A stretch of DNA of 64,000 nt, taken from assembly GCA_963817915.1 (NCBI GenBank), contig CAWFQL010000017.1:448001-512000 (forward strand), in the 5' to 3' direction. Within the stretch, counting starts at the first letter, position 1, and each line of letters begins with the position of its first letter. This DNA is from an uncultured candidate division Zixibacteria bacterium (lineage in GTDB: Bacteria; Zixibacteria; MSB-5A5; UBA10806). Shown here in pieces: positions 30,211-43,719 of this stretch. Under the pieces are notes generated by a model. The model was given only the letters and a program-made list of their open reading frames with translations, was not told where the DNA came from and ran no database searches. The translations under genes and the position numbers were made by a program.

Positions 30211-33200
30211 GTGGTCGATCCTTTTGCCAAAAATCAAAGAAGACTTTCGGACCTATCAGCTATGCGAATCAAAATCGCATCGCCCGAAGTCATTAGATCA
30301 TGGTCTTTCGGCGAAGTAACAAAGCCGGAAACCATAAACTATCGCAGTTTCAAGCCTGAAAAAGACGGCTTGTTCTGCGAACGAATTTTCGGACCCGTAA
30401 AGGACTGGGAATGCAATTGCGGCAAATACAAGCGCATTAGATTCCGCGGCATTGTCTGCGATCGTTGCGGAGTTGAAGTCACTCAATCCAAGGTGCGCCG
30501 CGAACGAATGGGTCATATTGATCTCGCCGTACCTGTTACTCATATTTGGTATACCCATTCCCTGCCATCGAGAATCGGCTATCTTCTTGATCTTACTGTC
30601 CGCGAACTCGAACGGATTATTTACTATCAGTCGTATATCGTAATTGATCCAGGTAATACGTCTCTAAAGAAAATGGACATTATTTCTGAAGACGAATATT
30701 ATGAGCTTGAAGAATCCGGAAAAGAATTAGTCGCCAGAATGGGTGCGGAGGCTATCCGCGAACTTTTACGGCAAACAGATATCGAGGAATTGGCTGTGTC
30801 TTTGCGCGCTCAGGTCAAAGTTGAGACTTCAGTCCAGCGCAAGAAAGATACACTAAAGAGACTTCGCGTAATCGAAGCCTTCCGCCAATCTCAGAATAAA
30901 CCGGAGTGGATGGTTCTTGAAGTTATTCCAGTTATTCCTCCGGATCTGCGTCCATTAGTGCCGCTCGAGGGTGGAAGATTCGCTACATCGGATTTGAATG
31001 ATCTTTATCGAAGAGTTATCAATAGAAATAACCGATTGAAAAAGCTGATCGAAATCAAGGCTCCCGAAGTCATTCTTCGAAACGAAAAAAGAATGCTCCA
31101 GGAAGCCGTCGACGCGCTCTTCGATAATGGTCGTCGGTCACGATCGGTTCGTGGCGATTCCAAACGGCCGCTAAAATCCCTTTCCGATTTACTTAAGGGA
31201 AAGCAGGGTCGTTTCCGCCAGAATCTATTGGGCAAGAGAGTCGATTACTCCGGACGTTCCGTAATCGTAGTGGGACCTGAACTTAAGCTAAATCAATGCG
31301 GCTTGCCTAAGAATATGGCACTTGAATTATTCAAGCCATTTATAATTCACAAGCTTGAAGAAAAAGGGTATGTTCAAACCGTCAAATCTGCGAAGAGACT
31401 GGTTGAACGTGAAAGACCGGAAGTCTGGGATATTCTCGAAGAAATCATTCGCGATCATCCCGTGCTTCTAAACCGCGCTCCAACCCTGCATCTTCTCGGT
31501 ATTCAGGCGTTCTATCCGGTTCTGGTGGAAGGTAAGGCCATTCGGCTTCATCCGCTGGTATGCGCCGCGTTCAATGCCGATTTCGACGGTGATCAGATGG
31601 CGGTCCATGTGCCGTTATCATTCGAGTCACAGCTTGAAGCCCGTTTGCTCATGCTTTCTACTCATAATCTGCTTCAGCCGTCTTCCGGCAAGCCGGTTGC
31701 GATTCCTTCTCAGGATATGGTCATTGGGTGCTATTACTTGACCAAGGATAGAGTGGGTGTTAAGGGCGAAGAGATGATTTTCGGAAGTCAAAGCGAAGTA
31801 ATATTCGCTTACTCATCCGGCATAATCGATCTTCATGCTTGGGTCGCGATCCCCGGAAAATCAAGAAAGCTCAGTGAATATTCGGGAAAACAACGCGAAA
31901 AATACTACGAAGATTACAGCGGTATTGTCCCTGATTCTATGAAAAAACTTAAGGGCTTTTTGAAACAACGCCAGGAATTGCTTGAAAAGAAAATCAAGGA
32001 CTCCAAAAACCGCAAGGGCAAAGATGAAGATAGTTTTCAGGAATTTTTCGCCACTACAGTCGGAAGAGTCATTTTCAACGAAATAATTCCGGCGGGCCAG
32101 GATTATTTTAATAAAGTAGCGGTAAAATCCGCTATTGAAAAAGTTGTTTCGGATGTTCATCGAATTTCGGGAAATGAGCCGACAGCTACATTTCTCGATG
32201 ATCTCAAAAATATCGGTTTCGAGTATGCCACTATCGGCGGCGTAACCGTCGGTATCGACGATATCGTCGTTCCTCAGGAAAAAGAAGGCATGCTTAAGAA
32301 CGCCGAAAAAGAAGTCGAGAAAATCCATCGTCAATACGAAAAAGGCGCCATCACCAACGGTGAACGGTACAATAAGGTTATCGATACCTGGACACGTACT
32401 ACAAGCGATGTCGCGGAAATTCTTTTCAAACGGCTGAAAGATGTTGATCAGGGATTCAACCCCATCTTCATGATGACTGATTCCGGAGCCAGAGGCTCGC
32501 GCGATCAGGTTAGACAGTTAGCCGGTATGCGTGGTCTAATGGCCAAGCCTCAAAAGAGAATGACCGGTCAGATCGGCGAAATTATCGAATCACCGATTAC
32601 CGCCAATTTCCGCGAAGGATTAACGGTACTTGAATACTTTATATCTACTCACGGCGCTAGAAAAGGTCTCGCGGATACGGCGTTGAAGACCGCCGACGCT
32701 GGATACTTGACACGCCGACTGGTAGATGTCGCCCAGGACGTCATCATCAACGAAGACGATTGCGGCACAATTCTCGGCATCGAAGTTTCCGCCTTAAAAG
32801 AAGGCGAAGAAATTATTGAATCCTTGCATGATCGTGTCCTCGGGCGAGTAGCTCTAATGGATGTTTATGACCCAATCACTCAGGAAGTTATCGCTGAGGC
32901 CGGTACTGAAATCGGTGAAGAAGCTTCGACTCTCATCGATGAGTCTGGCATCGAAACTGTTTCCATTAGATCGGTGCTTACTTGCGAATCTCGCAGAGGT
33001 GTCTGTGCCAAATGCTATGGCCGTAATTTGTCCACCGGAAGAATGGTCAATCTCGGCGAGGCCGTAGGTGTTATTGCCGCGCAATCCATCGGCGAGCCCG
33101 GCACTCAGCTGACCTTAAGAACATTCCATATCGGCGGTACGGCGGCAGTTATCACAGAGCAATCCAAAATCACCGCAAAATCCGCAGGTAAAATTGCATT

Positions 33201-34449
33201 CTCCGGAGTCAAAATGGTTCCCGGTGAAAATCCCGAAGACCATATAGTCTTGACCCGCGAAGGTGAAATTAGGATTGTCGATGATCAGGAACGGATTCGT
33301 CAACGGTACGCGACCCCCTATGGCTGTACCCTCAAGGTACGCGATGGCCAGCAAGTCGAAAAAGACGATGTCTTGTTTGAATGGGATCCGCATACCAATA
33401 TGATTCTTACGGACAAAACCGGTACGATCGAATATGTCGACGTCATCGAAAATGTCACTTATCGTGAAGAGCTCGATGAATCCACGGGTCTTTCCGCCAG
33501 AGTTATTATAGAACAGCGCGAAAAGACATTGCGTCCCCATATCGCCATAATCGATTCCAAGGGTAAACGTTTGGCCAACTACTCAATACCTACAGGGGCG
33601 CATCTTGTAGTCAAGGACGGTGACGCGATCAAGGCCGGTCAGATGCTGGTCAAGATTCCTCGCGAGATTTACAAAACAAAGGATATTACCGGCGGCTTGC
33701 CAAGGGTTGCCGAGCTTTTTGAAGCCAGACATCCCAAGGACCCCGCGGTTGTGACGGAAATTGATGGTACCATTGAATACGGCAAAGTCGTTAGAGGAAA
33801 TCAGCAGATGATCGTGCATGGCGAGCATGGCGAGGACAAGGAATACTTGATTCCCCATGGTAAGCATATGCTTGTACATGAAAGCGATGCGGTCAAGGCC
33901 GGTAGCCGTCTCAGCGAGGGACCAATTGATCCGCACGATATTTTGAGAATTAAGGGCCCTAATTCGGTGCAGGAATACCTGGTAAATGAAATCCAGGGAG
34001 TCTATCGTCTCCAGGGTGTTAAAATCAACGACAAGCACATCGAAGTTATTATCCGCCAAGTGCTTCAGAAAGTCCGAATTCTCGATCCCGGCGATAGTAA
34101 TTTCCTCGAAGGCGAACAAGTCGACAAAATCCGATTCCAGGACGAACGAGACAGGGTATTGCAGGATGGCGGAAATCCAGCTACTTACGAGCCCCTGCTA
34201 CTTGGTATCACCAAAGCGTCGTTGTCTACGGAAAGCTTCCTCTCGGCGGCATCCTTCCAGGAGACAACCAGGGTTCTCACGGAGGCTTCAATTCAGGGAA
34301 AAGTGGATCTTCTGCTTGGCCTGAAGGAAAACGTAATTATCGGTCGTTTGATACCTGCGGGCACGGGCATTCCGTACTACAACAGTGTCGAACTAGTCAA
34401 TGAGCAGGAAACAACCGAGCCTGAGAAAAAGATTGAAGCAATTGGATGA
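30211..34449 (+). CDS. rpoC: RNA polymerase beta' subunit
   Basis: NADFDGDQM catalytic loop, Zn-finger Cys, GEPGTQLT. Confidence 0.99.
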   Translation: MVDPFAKNQRRLSDLSAMRIKIASPEVIRSWSFGEVTKPETINYRSFKPEKDGLFCERIFGPVKDWECNCGKYKRIRFRGIVCDRCGVEVTQSKVRRERMGHIDLAVPVTHIWYTHSLPSRIGYLLDLTVRELERIIYYQSYIVIDPGNTSLKKMDIISEDEYYELEESGKELVARMGAEAIRELLRQTDIEELAVSLRAQVKVETSVQRKKDTLKRLRVIEAFRQSQNKPEWMVLEVIPVIPPDLRPLVPLEGGRFATSDLNDLYRRVINRNNRLKKLIEIKAPEVILRNEKRMLQEAVDALFDNGRRSRSVRGDSKRPLKSLSDLLKGKQGRFRQNLLGKRVDYSGRSVIVVGPELKLNQCGLPKNMALELFKPFIIHKLEEKGYVQTVKSAKRLVERERPEVWDILEEIIRDHPVLLNRAPTLHLLGIQAFYPVLVEGKAIRLHPLVCAAFNADFDGDQMAVHVPLSFESQLEARLLMLSTHNLLQPSSGKPVAIPSQDMVIGCYYLTKDRVGVKGEEMIFGSQSEVIFAYSSGIIDLHAWVAIPGKSRKLSEYSGKQREKYYEDYSGIVPDSMKKLKGFLKQRQELLEKKIKDSKNRKGKDEDSFQEFFATTVGRVIFNEIIPAGQDYFNKVAVKSAIEKVVSDVHRISGNEPTATFLDDLKNIGFEYATIGGVTVGIDDIVVPQEKEGMLKNAEKEVEKIHRQYEKGAITNGERYNKVIDTWTRTTSDVAEILFKRLKDVDQGFNPIFMMTDSGARGSRDQVRQLAGMRGLMAKPQKRMTGQIGEIIESPITANFREGLTVLEYFISTHGARKGLADTALKTADAGYLTRRLVDVAQDVIINEDDCGTILGIEVSALKEGEEIIESLHDRVLGRVALMDVYDPITQEVIAEAGTEIGEEASTLIDESGIETVSIRSVLTCESRRGVCAKCYGRNLSTGRMVNLGEAVGVIAAQSIGEPGTQLTLRTFHIGGTAAVITEQSKITAKSAGKIAFSGVKMVPGENPEDHIVLTREGEIRIVDDQERIRQRYATPYGCTLKVRDGQQVEKDDVLFEWDPHTNMILTDKTGTIEYVDVIENVTYREELDESTGLSARVIIEQREKTLRPHIAIIDSKGKRLANYSIPTGAHLVVKDGDAIKAGQMLVKIPREIYKTKDITGGLPRVAELFEARHPKDPAVVTEIDGTIEYGKVVRGNQQMIVHGEHGEDKEYLIPHGKHMLVHESDAVKAGSRLSEGPIDPHDILRIKGPNSVQEYLVNEIQGVYRLQGVKINDKHIEVIIRQVLQKVRILDPGDSNFLEGEQVDKIRFQDERDRVLQDGGNPATYEPLLLGITKASLSTESFLSAASFQETTRVLTEASIQGKVDLLLGLKENVIIGRLIPAGTGIPYYNSVELVNEQETTEPEKKIEAIG

Positions 34450-34456
34450 AAAGCGC

Positions 34457-34484
34457 TTGACAAAACATTTTTTGGGATTATCTT
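34457..34484 (+). promoter_or_regulatory. sigma70 promoter of the str operon
   Basis: TTGACA-16-TATCTT upstream of the rpsL SD AGGAGG. Confidence 0.6.
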
Positions 34485-34516
34485 AGTTATCTGTATTTTT
34501 TTGAATAGGAGGTTTT

Positions 34517-34891
34517 TTGCCAACGATCAATCAGCTGATAAGAAAAGGAAGAAAGAAAGTTCTAAGCAAGCCTAATACGCCTGCGCTGAAGAGCTGTCCT
34601 CAAAAAAGAGGAGTCTGCACGAGAGTATATACATCCACTCCAAAGAAGCCGAATTCGGCTCTACGTAAAGTCGCTCGCGTCAGATTGACAAATGGTATCG
34701 AGGTCACAGCGTACATTCCAGGTGAAGGTCACAACTTGCAGGAACACTCTATCGTGCTTATCAGAGGTGGAAGGGTGAAAGACCTGCCGGGAGTAAGGTA
34801 TCACATTATCCGCGGAACTCTTGATACCGCGGGTGTTGCAGATAGAAAACAGGGAAGATCTAAATACGGGGCCAAGCGTCCCAAGAAATAA
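34517..34891 (+). CDS. rpsL: 30S ribosomal protein S12
   Basis: [20 protein letters not shown]. Confidence 0.99.
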   Translation: MPTINQLIRKGRKKVLSKPNTPALKSCPQKRGVCTRVYTSTPKKPNSALRKVARVRLTNGIEVTAYIPGEGHNLQEHSIVLIRGGRVKDLPGVRYHIIRGTLDTAGVADRKQGRSKYGAKRPKK

Positions 34892-35374
<483 letters not shown>

Positions 35375-35509
35375 TTGCATCGAAACTTATTGCTTTGGAG
35401 AATAATGAAGATTAGATCCAGAGAATAACCGAAATACCAGGGTTGATCCGCTATTCAATAGCGCCTGGATTTTCGGGGCGCTGATTTCTAAGGGATAGTG
35501 GATTTTTTT

Positions 35510-37609
35510 ATGTCAGTCGACAGTCAGTTAGGACAAACAAGAAACATCGGAATCATGGCTCATATCGATGCCGGTAAGACCACAACTACCGAACGCATAC
35601 TATTTTATGCAGGTAAGACCCATCGCATTGGCGAGGTCGATGATGGCGCGGCAACCATGGATTGGATGGAACAGGAGAAAGAACGCGGTATTACTATTAC
35701 CTCGGCCGCTACTACTATCTTCTGGAATGATAATCGCATCAATATTATAGATACTCCCGGTCATGTCGATTTCACGATGGAAGTCGAACGGTCGCTGAGA
35801 GTGCTTGATGGCGCCGTAGCATTGTTTTGCTCTGTTGGCGGTGTCGAGCCTCAATCCGAAACCGTCTGGAGACAGGCCGATAAATATAAAGTACCTCGTA
35901 TAGCCTATATTAATAAAATGGATCGCGTCGGCGCGAATTTTCTTGCCGCCGTCGAAATGATGAAAAAGAGATTGGGCGCCAACGCCGTGCCTATTCAGCT
36001 CCCTGTTGGTGAAGGCGATATGTTCGCCGGTATTATCGATCTCATTCGTATGTGCTATAGAACTTATGTTGACGAGACTCAAGGCACCGAATTTATTGAA
36101 AATGAAATTCCTAAGGATCTTTTGGAATTGGCCAAAACCAAACGCGAAGAGCTTCTCGAAAATCTCTCCGATTACGATGAAGGCCTGCTTGATAAATTCG
36201 TTCATGATCAGCCAATTGAGACTTCGGAAATTAAAGTTGCCCTCAGAAAAGCAGTTTTAGACTTAAAATTAATCCCCGTATTATGTGGATCCTCTTATAA
36301 AAATAAAGGCGTTCAGGCCCTATTGGATGCCATAGTCGATTACTTGCCATCGCCTCTTGATCTGCCCCCTGTAAAGGGTACGGATCCCGATACTGGCGAG
36401 GAAATTGTCAGATATCCGTCGGCCGACGAACCGCTCGCGGCGCTTATTTTCAAGATTATCAGCGATCCTTATGTCGGCAGATTAACTTATATCAGAATTT
36501 ACGCGGGCACATTGAAATCCGGAGATACGGTTTATAATCCCACAAAACAGCGTGAAGAAAGAATCAGTCGCTTATTGGCAATGCATGCCAATAAAAGGGC
36601 AGATCTGAAATCAGCTCAAGCCGGCGATATTATTGCGGTCGTGGGTCTCAAAAACTCTACCACCGGCAGTACCATGTGCCGTAGAGATAAGCCGATTATT
36701 CTCGAACAAATGACATTCCCGAATCCCGTAATTTATGTCGCTATTGAGCCTAAGACTAAGGCTGACCAGGACAAATTATCCGATTCCTTAACCCGATTGA
36801 CCGAGGAAGACCCGACCTTCCAGGTGAAAACAGATACTGAAACGGGTCAGACCATCATTTCCGGTATGGGTGAACTTCATCTGGAAATCATTGTCGATCG
36901 TATGCGACGCGAATTCAATGTCACTGCCAATGTCGGCAAGCCTCAGGTTGCCTATAGAGAGACAATCAAATCGACCGCCGAGGCCGAAGGCAGATTTGTC
37001 AGGCAAACGGGCGGTCATGGTCAATATGGGCATGTAAAGCTAAGAGTTGGCCCCAATGGCAAGGGCAAAGGCTACGAATTTAAGGATCTTACCAAAAATG
37101 GTGTAATTCCCCGCGAATTTATTCAGCCGGTCTCCGATGGCATCAAAGAAGCGCTCGAAAACGGCGTACTTGGCGGCTATCCAATGGTTGATATCGTGGC
37201 TGAATTAATTGACGGATCATTCCACGATGTCGATTCCTCTGAATTGGCATTCAAAATAGCGGGCTCGCTAGCGTTTCAGGAGGCTGCCAGAAAAGCGAAT
37301 CCTACGATACTCGAGCCTATAATGGATATCGAAGTTGTCGTGCCGGAAGAATACATGGGAGTGGTTATTGGCGATTTAAATTCGAGAAGAGGAAAAATCG
37401 CTGGCATGTTCCACCGTCCGGATGCTATAATAATAGCTTCTCAGGTACCGTTATCTGAGATGTTTGGATATGCAACCTCGTTGCGGTCTTTATCGCAGGG
37501 TAGAGCAGTATATTCAATGCAATTTTCACATTATGCGCCCGTTCCGGAAAGTGTCCAGGACACGATGGTCCAGTCGATTCGGGGCGTGCTTGTTGGGCAA
37601 AGAAGATAA
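35510..37609 (+). CDS. fusA: elongation factor G
   Basis: [24 protein letters not shown]. Confidence 0.98.
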   Translation: MSVDSQLGQTRNIGIMAHIDAGKTTTTERILFYAGKTHRIGEVDDGAATMDWMEQEKERGITITSAATTIFWNDNRINIIDTPGHVDFTMEVERSLRVLDGAVALFCSVGGVEPQSETVWRQADKYKVPRIAYINKMDRVGANFLAAVEMMKKRLGANAVPIQLPVGEGDMFAGIIDLIRMCYRTYVDETQGTEFIENEIPKDLLELAKTKREELLENLSDYDEGLLDKFVHDQPIETSEIKVALRKAVLDLKLIPVLCGSSYKNKGVQALLDAIVDYLPSPLDLPPVKGTDPDTGEEIVRYPSADEPLAALIFKIISDPYVGRLTYIRIYAGTLKSGDTVYNPTKQREERISRLLAMHANKRADLKSAQAGDIIAVVGLKNSTTGSTMCRRDKPIILEQMTFPNPVIYVAIEPKTKADQDKLSDSLTRLTEEDPTFQVKTDTETGQTIISGMGELHLEIIVDRMRREFNVTANVGKPQVAYRETIKSTAEAEGRFVRQTGGHGQYGHVKLRVGPNGKGKGYEFKDLTKNGVIPREFIQPVSDGIKEALENGVLGGYPMVDIVAELIDGSFHDVDSSELAFKIAGSLAFQEAARKANPTILEPIMDIEVVVPEEYMGVVIGDLNSRRGKIAGMFHRPDAIIIASQVPLSEMFGYATSLRSLSQGRAVYSMQFSHYAPVPESVQDTMVQSIRGVLVGQRR

Positions 37610-37645
37610 AATAATGTTGGATTTGATAATCAAGGGAGAGTCCTG

Positions 37646-38858
37646 ATGTCGAAGGAGAAGTTTGATAGGACGAAGCCGCACGTTAATGTAGGCACGATAG
37701 GTCATGTGGATCATGGCAAGACGACATTGACGGCGGCGATCACGATGGTGCTATCGAGGAAGTATTCGAAGGTAGCGATCCGGGATTTTGACAGTATTGA
37801 CAACGCTCCGGAGGAGAAGGAACGTGGTATAACGATAGCGACGGCGCATGTCGAGTATGAGACAGCCAAGCGTCACTACGCCCACGTTGATTGTCCGGGT
37901 CACGCGGATTACATCAAGAACATGATCACGGGAGCGGCCCAGATGGATGGAGCGATCCTGGTGGTCAGCGCTTCGGATGGTCCGATGCCTCAGACGCGCG
38001 AGCATATCTTGCTGGCCCGTCAGGTTGGAGTGCCGTTCATCATCGTGTATATGAATAAGGTAGACATGGTAGACGATCCCGAGTTATTGGATTTGGTTGA
38101 GTTGGAAGTTCGGGACCTGCTCAATAAGTATCAGTTCCCCGGCGACGAGATACCGGTGATAAGAGGCTCGGCTTTGCAGGCGATGACCAAGGGTTCTGAT
38201 AAGTCGGTATCGATCGACGCGCCGGAGTTTAAGAGCATATTGGAATTGATGGATGCGGTGGATAGCTACATACCGGAACCTGTCAGGGATACCGACAAGC
38301 CGTTTTTGATGCCGGTCGAGGATGTGTTCTCGATCACCGGCCGTGGCACGGTAGGCACCGGCCGGGTAGACCGCGGCAAGATCAGACAGGGCGACGAAGT
38401 CGAGATAGTGGGCATCAAGGATACCCGCAAGTCGGTGGTCACCGGAGTCGAGATGTTCCGAAAGCTATTGGATTTTGCTCAGGCAGGCGACAACGTTGGC
38501 TTGTTATTGAGGGGTGTCGATAAGGAAGAGTTGGAACGCGGCATGGTAGTAGCCAAGCCGGGTTCGATCACGCCGCACAAGAAGTTTAAGGGTCAGGTCT
38601 ACGTCTTGAAGAAAGAGGAGGGTGGTCGTCACACGCCGTTCTTCAATGGTTATCGTCCGCAGTTTTATTTTAGGACGACTGACGTTACGGGCAACGTGAA
38701 TTTGCCGGCGGGCGACGGAGATGGTAATGCCGGGTGACAACGTGGTTATGGATTGTGAGTTATTGACTCCGATAGCGATGGAGAAGGAGCTTCGATTCGC
38801 CATCCGAGAAGGCGGCCACACAGTCGGCGCCGGAGTCGTCACCGAAATAATTGAATAA
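37646..38858 (+). CDS. tuf: elongation factor Tu, copy 2 (apparent +1 frameshift, extra C at 38713)
   Basis: Near-identical to copy 1; GCGGGCGACGG versus GCGGGGACGG in copy 1; ends [11 protein letters not shown] at 38858. Confidence 0.95.
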
Positions 38859-38878
38859 TACCAGAGAGCGGGAAATAA

Positions 38879-39187
38879 ATGGACAAACAAAAAATTAGGA
38901 TCAGACTCAAGGCTTACGACCATGGTGCGCTTGATCGTTCGACTAAAGAAATAGTCCGTACTGTCACTCGCACCGGCGCCAGAATCGCCGGGCCAGTGCC
39001 GCTGCCGACCAAGAAAACTGTCTATACGGTTCTTCGCTCGCCTCATGTTGATAAGAAATCTCGCGAACAATTCGAAATGAGAATACACAAGCGTCTAATT
39101 GATATCTACGATTCCAGTCAGCAGACAATCGATTCATTAATGAAGTTAGATTTGCCGGCAGGGGTTGACGTGGAGATAAAAGTTTAA
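38879..39187 (+). CDS. rpsJ: 30S ribosomal protein S10
   Basis: [24 protein letters not shown]. Confidence 0.99.
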   Translation: MDKQKIRIRLKAYDHGALDRSTKEIVRTVTRTGARIAGPVPLPTKKTVYTVLRSPHVDKKSREQFEMRIHKRLIDIYDSSQQTIDSLMKLDLPAGVDVEIKV

Positions 39188-39213
39188 TATATTAAGAAGT
39201 TTTTGGTTAGAAT

Positions 39214-39837
39214 ATGAAATTGATCTACGGAAAAAAATTAGGGATGACGAGAGTCTTCAAGGAAAACGGCGATATGGTCGGCGTATCAGTTATCGAAGTC
39301 GAGCCCGCTACTGTAATGCGTGTCAAGACTACCGGTACCGATGGCTATGACGCTGTTGTAATTGGATTCGGCAGCATCCGACAGAAACTCGTGAATAAGC
39401 CCCTCAAGGGCCAATTCGAAAAAGCCGGCATAGAGCAGAAACGGTATCTCAGGGAAATCCGAAGCGATAAGGCTGATTTGCCCGCCAAAGGTGAAGTGCT
39501 CACTGTTGAAGTTTTTAAAGTTGGTGAGACTGTTCATGTCACCAGTATTTCGCGCGGACTTGGTTTCCAGGGCGCGGTCAAAAGACATCATTTTCGCGGC
39601 GGCCCGAAGTCACATGGCCAATCTGATAGAATGAGAGCTCCCGGTTCAGTGGGTGCATCGAGCTATCCCTCCAGGACATTCAAAGGTCAGAGAATGGCCG
39701 GGCATATGGGTAACGCTCAAGTGACAGTCAAAAATTTGAAAATCGTCGATGTCAAGCCGGAATTGAATCTGCTTCTCGTCAGCGGCGTCATACCAGGTCA
39801 TAAGAATTCATTGGTGACCGTTAGAAAGGCCAGGTAG
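39214..39837 (+). CDS. rplC: 50S ribosomal protein L3
   Basis: GKKLGMT; GFQGAVKRH; MAGHMG. Confidence 0.98.
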   Translation: MKLIYGKKLGMTRVFKENGDMVGVSVIEVEPATVMRVKTTGTDGYDAVVIGFGSIRQKLVNKPLKGQFEKAGIEQKRYLREIRSDKADLPAKGEVLTVEVFKVGETVHVTSISRGLGFQGAVKRHHFRGGPKSHGQSDRMRAPGSVGASSYPSRTFKGQRMAGHMGNAQVTVKNLKIVDVKPELNLLLVSGVIPGHKNSLVTVRKAR

Positions 39838-39844
39838 AGATAAG

Positions 39845-40474
39845 ATGCCAGATGCAAAATTCTATCAAAAGAACGGTTCGGAATCCAAGACTGTCAATCT
39901 CGATGGGCCATTGTTTAATAGCGAGCCGAAAGAGAGTATCATTCATGAGTACATTAAGGGATTCATGAATAATCAAAGGCAGGGCACATCTTCTACTCTG
40001 AATCGCAGCCGCATGCAGGGTGGCGGCAAAAAGCCGTTTCGCCAAAAAGGCACCGGCCGCGCTCGCGCTGGCAGTAATACCTCGCCTTTATGGTCAGGTG
40101 GTGCAGTTATTTGGGGCCCGACTCCAAGAAGCTTTTATGCAGAAATGCCCAAGAAGCTCAAGAGAAATGCCCTGGTTTCCGCCTTTTCACTTAAGGCTAA
40201 AGAAGGAAGCATTAGAGTTGTGGAATTGCCTGATTTGGGTGAGGCCAAGACCAAACTGGTCGCGGGATTTTTAAAGGGTGTTGGCGTGTACGGTGATAGC
40301 ACTATTCTCCTATTCGAAGGCAAGAATGAGAATCTTACTACCGCTTCCCGAAACATCGCCAATTTCACCGCCAAGAGAGCCGAATTGGTCAACCCTTACG
40401 ATCTGATTACTCATCGCAATATTCTAATCACTGAAGATGGTCTCGCGAGAATAAAGGAGCTGTTTAATCAATGA
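39845..40474 (+). CDS. rplD: 50S ribosomal protein L4
   Basis: KPFRQKGTGRARAG. Confidence 0.98.
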   Translation: MPDAKFYQKNGSESKTVNLDGPLFNSEPKESIIHEYIKGFMNNQRQGTSSTLNRSRMQGGGKKPFRQKGTGRARAGSNTSPLWSGGAVIWGPTPRSFYAEMPKKLKRNALVSAFSLKAKEGSIRVVELPDLGEAKTKLVAGFLKGVGVYGDSTILLFEGKNENLTTASRNIANFTAKRAELVNPYDLITHRNILITEDGLARIKELFNQ

Positions 40475-40761
40475 TTAAAGAACACAAAATATTGTTTAAG
40501 GCTCTTATCTCCGAAAAAGCCACAACTCTTCAGGAAGATAGCAATTGCTATGTCTTCAAAGTTGCCACGAGCGCTAATAAAATGCAGATAAAGAATGCCG
40601 TGGAAAGCGCTTTCCATGTTAAAGTAGTGCATGTCACCACCGCCAATGTTATGGGCAAAAATAAAAGGCTCGGACGATTCCAGGGTAAAAGATCCGATTG
40701 GAAAAAAGCCTTTATATGGCTCAAAGAGGGCGATAAAATCGAGCTTTTCGAAAGCGTCTGA
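40471..40761 (+). CDS. rplW: 50S ribosomal protein L23
   Basis: ISEK..WKKA. Confidence 0.97.
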   Translation: MIKEHKILFKALISEKATTLQEDSNCYVFKVATSANKMQIKNAVESAFHVKVVHVTTANVMGKNKRLGRFQGKRSDWKKAFIWLKEGDKIELFESV

Positions 40762-40771
40762 GGAATAGAAT

Positions 40772-41593
40772 ATGGGAATTAAGAAATTTAAACCGATTAC
40801 TCCTGGCAGACGATTCATGACAGTCTCGGACTTTGCCGAGATCACACATGATAAGCCTGAAAAATCGCTCCTTAAGCCACTAAAGAAATCAGGCGGCAGA
40901 GGCAATACCGGCCGCGTGACTTCGAGACATCGCGGCGGCGGCCATAAGAGAGCTTATAGAATTATCGATTTCAAACGTGATAAGATCGGTATCCCCGCTC
41001 GTGTCGCGTCGATTGAATATGATCCTAATCGCACAGCGAGAATCGCTCTGCTTTATTATGCCGATGGTGAGAAGCGATATGTAATCGCGCCCGAAGGCAT
41101 GAAAGTCGATGATATCATCAATTCCGGAGTGGATCTTGATATCAAGCCGGGTAATACAATGGAGCTTGGCAAAGTTCCGCTGGGCACCAATATTCATAAT
41201 ATCGAACTTCGCGCCGGAAAAGGCGGGCAGGTTGCCCGTTCGGCAGGCACCATGTGTCAATTGCTGGCTCGTGAAGGCGAAAATGCCCACGTCAAAATGC
41301 CATCCGGTGAAGTCAGATTATTCAAACTTAATTGCAAAGCGACTATTGGCCAGGTGGGCAATATAGACCATGAAAATATTTCGCTGGGTAAGGCCGGAAG
41401 ATCCCGATGGATGGGCATCAGACCGCATGTCAGAGGCGTTGCTATGAATCCTGTTGACCATCCGATGGGCGGCGGTGAAGGCAAATCCTCTGGTGGACGG
41501 CATCCTTGTAGCCCTTGGGGTCAATTGTCAAAAGGTCTTAAAACCGGCAACCGCAAGAGAGCGGCAAAATTAATTGTTAAGAGAAGAGATTAG
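40772..41593 (+). CDS. rplB: 50S ribosomal protein L2
   Basis: [23 protein letters not shown]. Confidence 0.99.
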   Translation: MGIKKFKPITPGRRFMTVSDFAEITHDKPEKSLLKPLKKSGGRGNTGRVTSRHRGGGHKRAYRIIDFKRDKIGIPARVASIEYDPNRTARIALLYYADGEKRYVIAPEGMKVDDIINSGVDLDIKPGNTMELGKVPLGTNIHNIELRAGKGGQVARSAGTMCQLLAREGENAHVKMPSGEVRLFKLNCKATIGQVGNIDHENISLGKAGRSRWMGIRPHVRGVAMNPVDHPMGGGEGKSSGGRHPCSPWGQLSKGLKTGNRKRAAKLIVKRRD

Positions 41594-41607
41594 TTCGGGA
41601 GGATAAT

Positions 41608-41895
41608 ATGGCTCGTTCCTTGAAAAAGGGACCGTTTATCGATCAGAATCTGCTGAGAAAATTGAATGCCCTTAATGTTACTGGCGAGAAAAAGGTCGTT
41701 AAGACCTGGGCCCGCAGAACCACAATTTCTCCCGAATTTGTCGGCCACACTTTGGCCGTGCATAATGGCAATAAATTCATCCCGATTTACATTACTGAAA
41801 ATATGGTCGGTCACAAACTCGGTGAGTTCGCGCCAACCAGAATTTTCAGAGGACACTCGGGCAAAATAACCGAAAAGACTACGGCCCTTAAATAG
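41608..41895 (+). CDS. rpsS: 30S ribosomal protein S19
   Basis: [15 protein letters not shown]. Confidence 0.99.
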   Translation: MARSLKKGPFIDQNLLRKLNALNVTGEKKVVKTWARRTTISPEFVGHTLAVHNGNKFIPIYITENMVGHKLGEFAPTRIFRGHSGKITEKTTALK

Positions 41896-41896
41896 G

Positions 41897-42367
41897 ATGG
41901 AATCAATGGAAGTCAGAGCCGTTTCAAAATACGTAAGAATGTCGCCGCGCAAGCTGAGACGAGTCGCCGATTTGATTAAAGGCGAATCTGTTGACAAAGC
42001 TCTCGGCATTCTGGAATTCACCCACAAGGCTGCCAGCAAGGCTATCTACAAAACTCTGAAGTCCGCGGCTTCCAATGCCATCGCTTCCGAGGGATCTGCC
42101 AAGGTCAAAGTGGAAAATCTGTTTATCAAGCACATCAGAATTGATGGCGGTCCAAGCTGGAAAAGAATCCGGCCGGTTGGTATGGGCAGGGCATATGTTG
42201 TTCGCAAAAGAACTGCGCATATCGGGATTATTCTTGGCGAAAAAGTAGTGAAAATTAAACTTGGCGATAAAGATACCAAATCCAAAACCAAGACTGAAGA
42301 TGCAAAACCTAAGGCTAAGGCCGCTGATAAAAAAGCCGCTGCCGATGCCGGGCAATCAAAGGAATAA
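41897..42367 (+). CDS. rplV: 50S ribosomal protein L22 with Lys/Ala-rich tail
   Basis: SPRKLRRVAD; KSAASNA; RKRTAHI. Confidence 0.97.
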   Translation: MESMEVRAVSKYVRMSPRKLRRVADLIKGESVDKALGILEFTHKAASKAIYKTLKSAASNAIASEGSAKVKVENLFIKHIRIDGGPSWKRIRPVGMGRAYVVRKRTAHIGIILGEKVVKIKLGDKDTKSKTKTEDAKPKAKAADKKAAADAGQSKE

Positions 42368-42376
42368 GGAGGCCGA

Positions 42377-43294
42377 TTGGGACAGAAGACCCATCCGTAC
42401 GGTCTAAGACTCGGAATAATAAAGAGTTGGAAATCGAAATGGTTTACGACCCGCAATTTTGCAGATCTACTTCATGAAGATTTGCTTATAAGGCGTTATA
42501 CATACAAACGACTTGAACACGCCGGCATTGCCGAGGTCGAAATTCTGAGAGCGCCCAAAAAGGTTACTATCGATATCCATACCGCTAGACCCGGAATCGT
42601 TATTGGTCGCAAAGGCGCGGAAGTAGACACACTAAAAGAAGAATTACAGCTTTTGACCGGCAAGGAAATCCTCTTGAATGTTATCGAAATAAAGAAGCCG
42701 GAAATATCTGCCAGTCTCGTGGCTCAGTCAATTGCCAAACAGCTCGAGGGCCGCGTCAGTTTTAGACGTGCCATGAAAAAAGCTATGGCCGCTGCCATGA
42801 AATCCGGCGCCGAAGGTATCAAGATTTCCTGCGGCGGACGGTTGGGTGGTGCGGAAATTGCCCGTACTGAAAAGTATCATGATGGCCGAGTACCGCTTCA
42901 TACCCTTAGAGCCGATATCGATTACTCTACCGCCACTGCTCATACTACTTATGGCACGATTGGTGTTAAAGTATGGATTTGCAAAGGCGAAATTCTTGGT
43001 GAAGGTATGGCCAGCACCGAAACCCCGAGAGAAGCGGCAGTGATTACCGATGAGAGACCTGCCGATTCCAGAAGAAAACGTCCGCATCACAAGAGACCAT
43101 CGGGTCCCGGCGGCCGCAGAGATGGTGATAGAAAACCGTCAGCCAGAGATCTCAATAGAGCCCCAGGGCAGGGCCCAATTCGTCCTCCCGACCAGGCTCC
43201 ACCGAGACCCCGTCCGGAAGGTCAGCATGATCAGCCGCGCAAGGATAAGCCCCATCAAGGTCCGTCAAAAAATGAAGGCGGAGGTAAAAGCTAA
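42377..43294 (+). CDS. rpsC: 30S ribosomal protein S3 with long C-terminal extension
   Basis: [27 protein letters not shown]. Confidence 0.98.
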   Translation: MGQKTHPYGLRLGIIKSWKSKWFTTRNFADLLHEDLLIRRYTYKRLEHAGIAEVEILRAPKKVTIDIHTARPGIVIGRKGAEVDTLKEELQLLTGKEILLNVIEIKKPEISASLVAQSIAKQLEGRVSFRRAMKKAMAAAMKSGAEGIKISCGGRLGGAEIARTEKYHDGRVPLHTLRADIDYSTATAHTTYGTIGVKVWICKGEILGEGMASTETPREAAVITDERPADSRRKRPHHKRPSGPGGRRDGDRKPSARDLNRAPGQGPIRPPDQAPPRPRPEGQHDQPRKDKPHQGPSKNEGGGKS

Positions 43295-43716
43295 TGTTAA
43301 TGCCGAAAAGGGTAAAATTTAGAAAACAGCAGAGGGGTCGCAGGTCGGGTAAAGCTTACCGCGGTTCTGAAGTCGATTTCGGCGAATTTGGCTTGAAGGC
43401 TATGGAGCCGGCTTGGATTAGCAATAAGCAACTCGAAGCCGCCCGTGTGGCTCTCACCAGACATATCAAACGTGGCGGTAAGGTTTGGATCAGAATTTTC
43501 CCCGACAAGCCTGTTACCAAAAAGCCTGCCGAAACAAGAATGGGAAAGGGCAAAGGCGCCCCGGAATTTTGGGTTGCTGTCGTAAAGCCTGGAAGAATAT
43601 TATTTGAACTTGAAGGTATTACTGAAGCCCTCGCGAAAGAGGCAATGAGTTTGGCTGCCGCAAAATTACCGCTTAGAACTAAATTTGTCGGACGCCATGA
43701 TTTTGGCAAGGATTAA
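43294..43716 (+). CDS. rplP: 50S ribosomal protein L16
   Basis: [16 protein letters not shown]. Confidence 0.99.
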   Translation: MLMPKRVKFRKQQRGRRSGKAYRGSEVDFGEFGLKAMEPAWISNKQLEAARVALTRHIKRGGKVWIRIFPDKPVTKKPAETRMGKGKGAPEFWVAVVKPGRILFELEGITEALAKEAMSLAAAKLPLRTKFVGRHDFGKD

Positions 43717-43719
43717 TAT

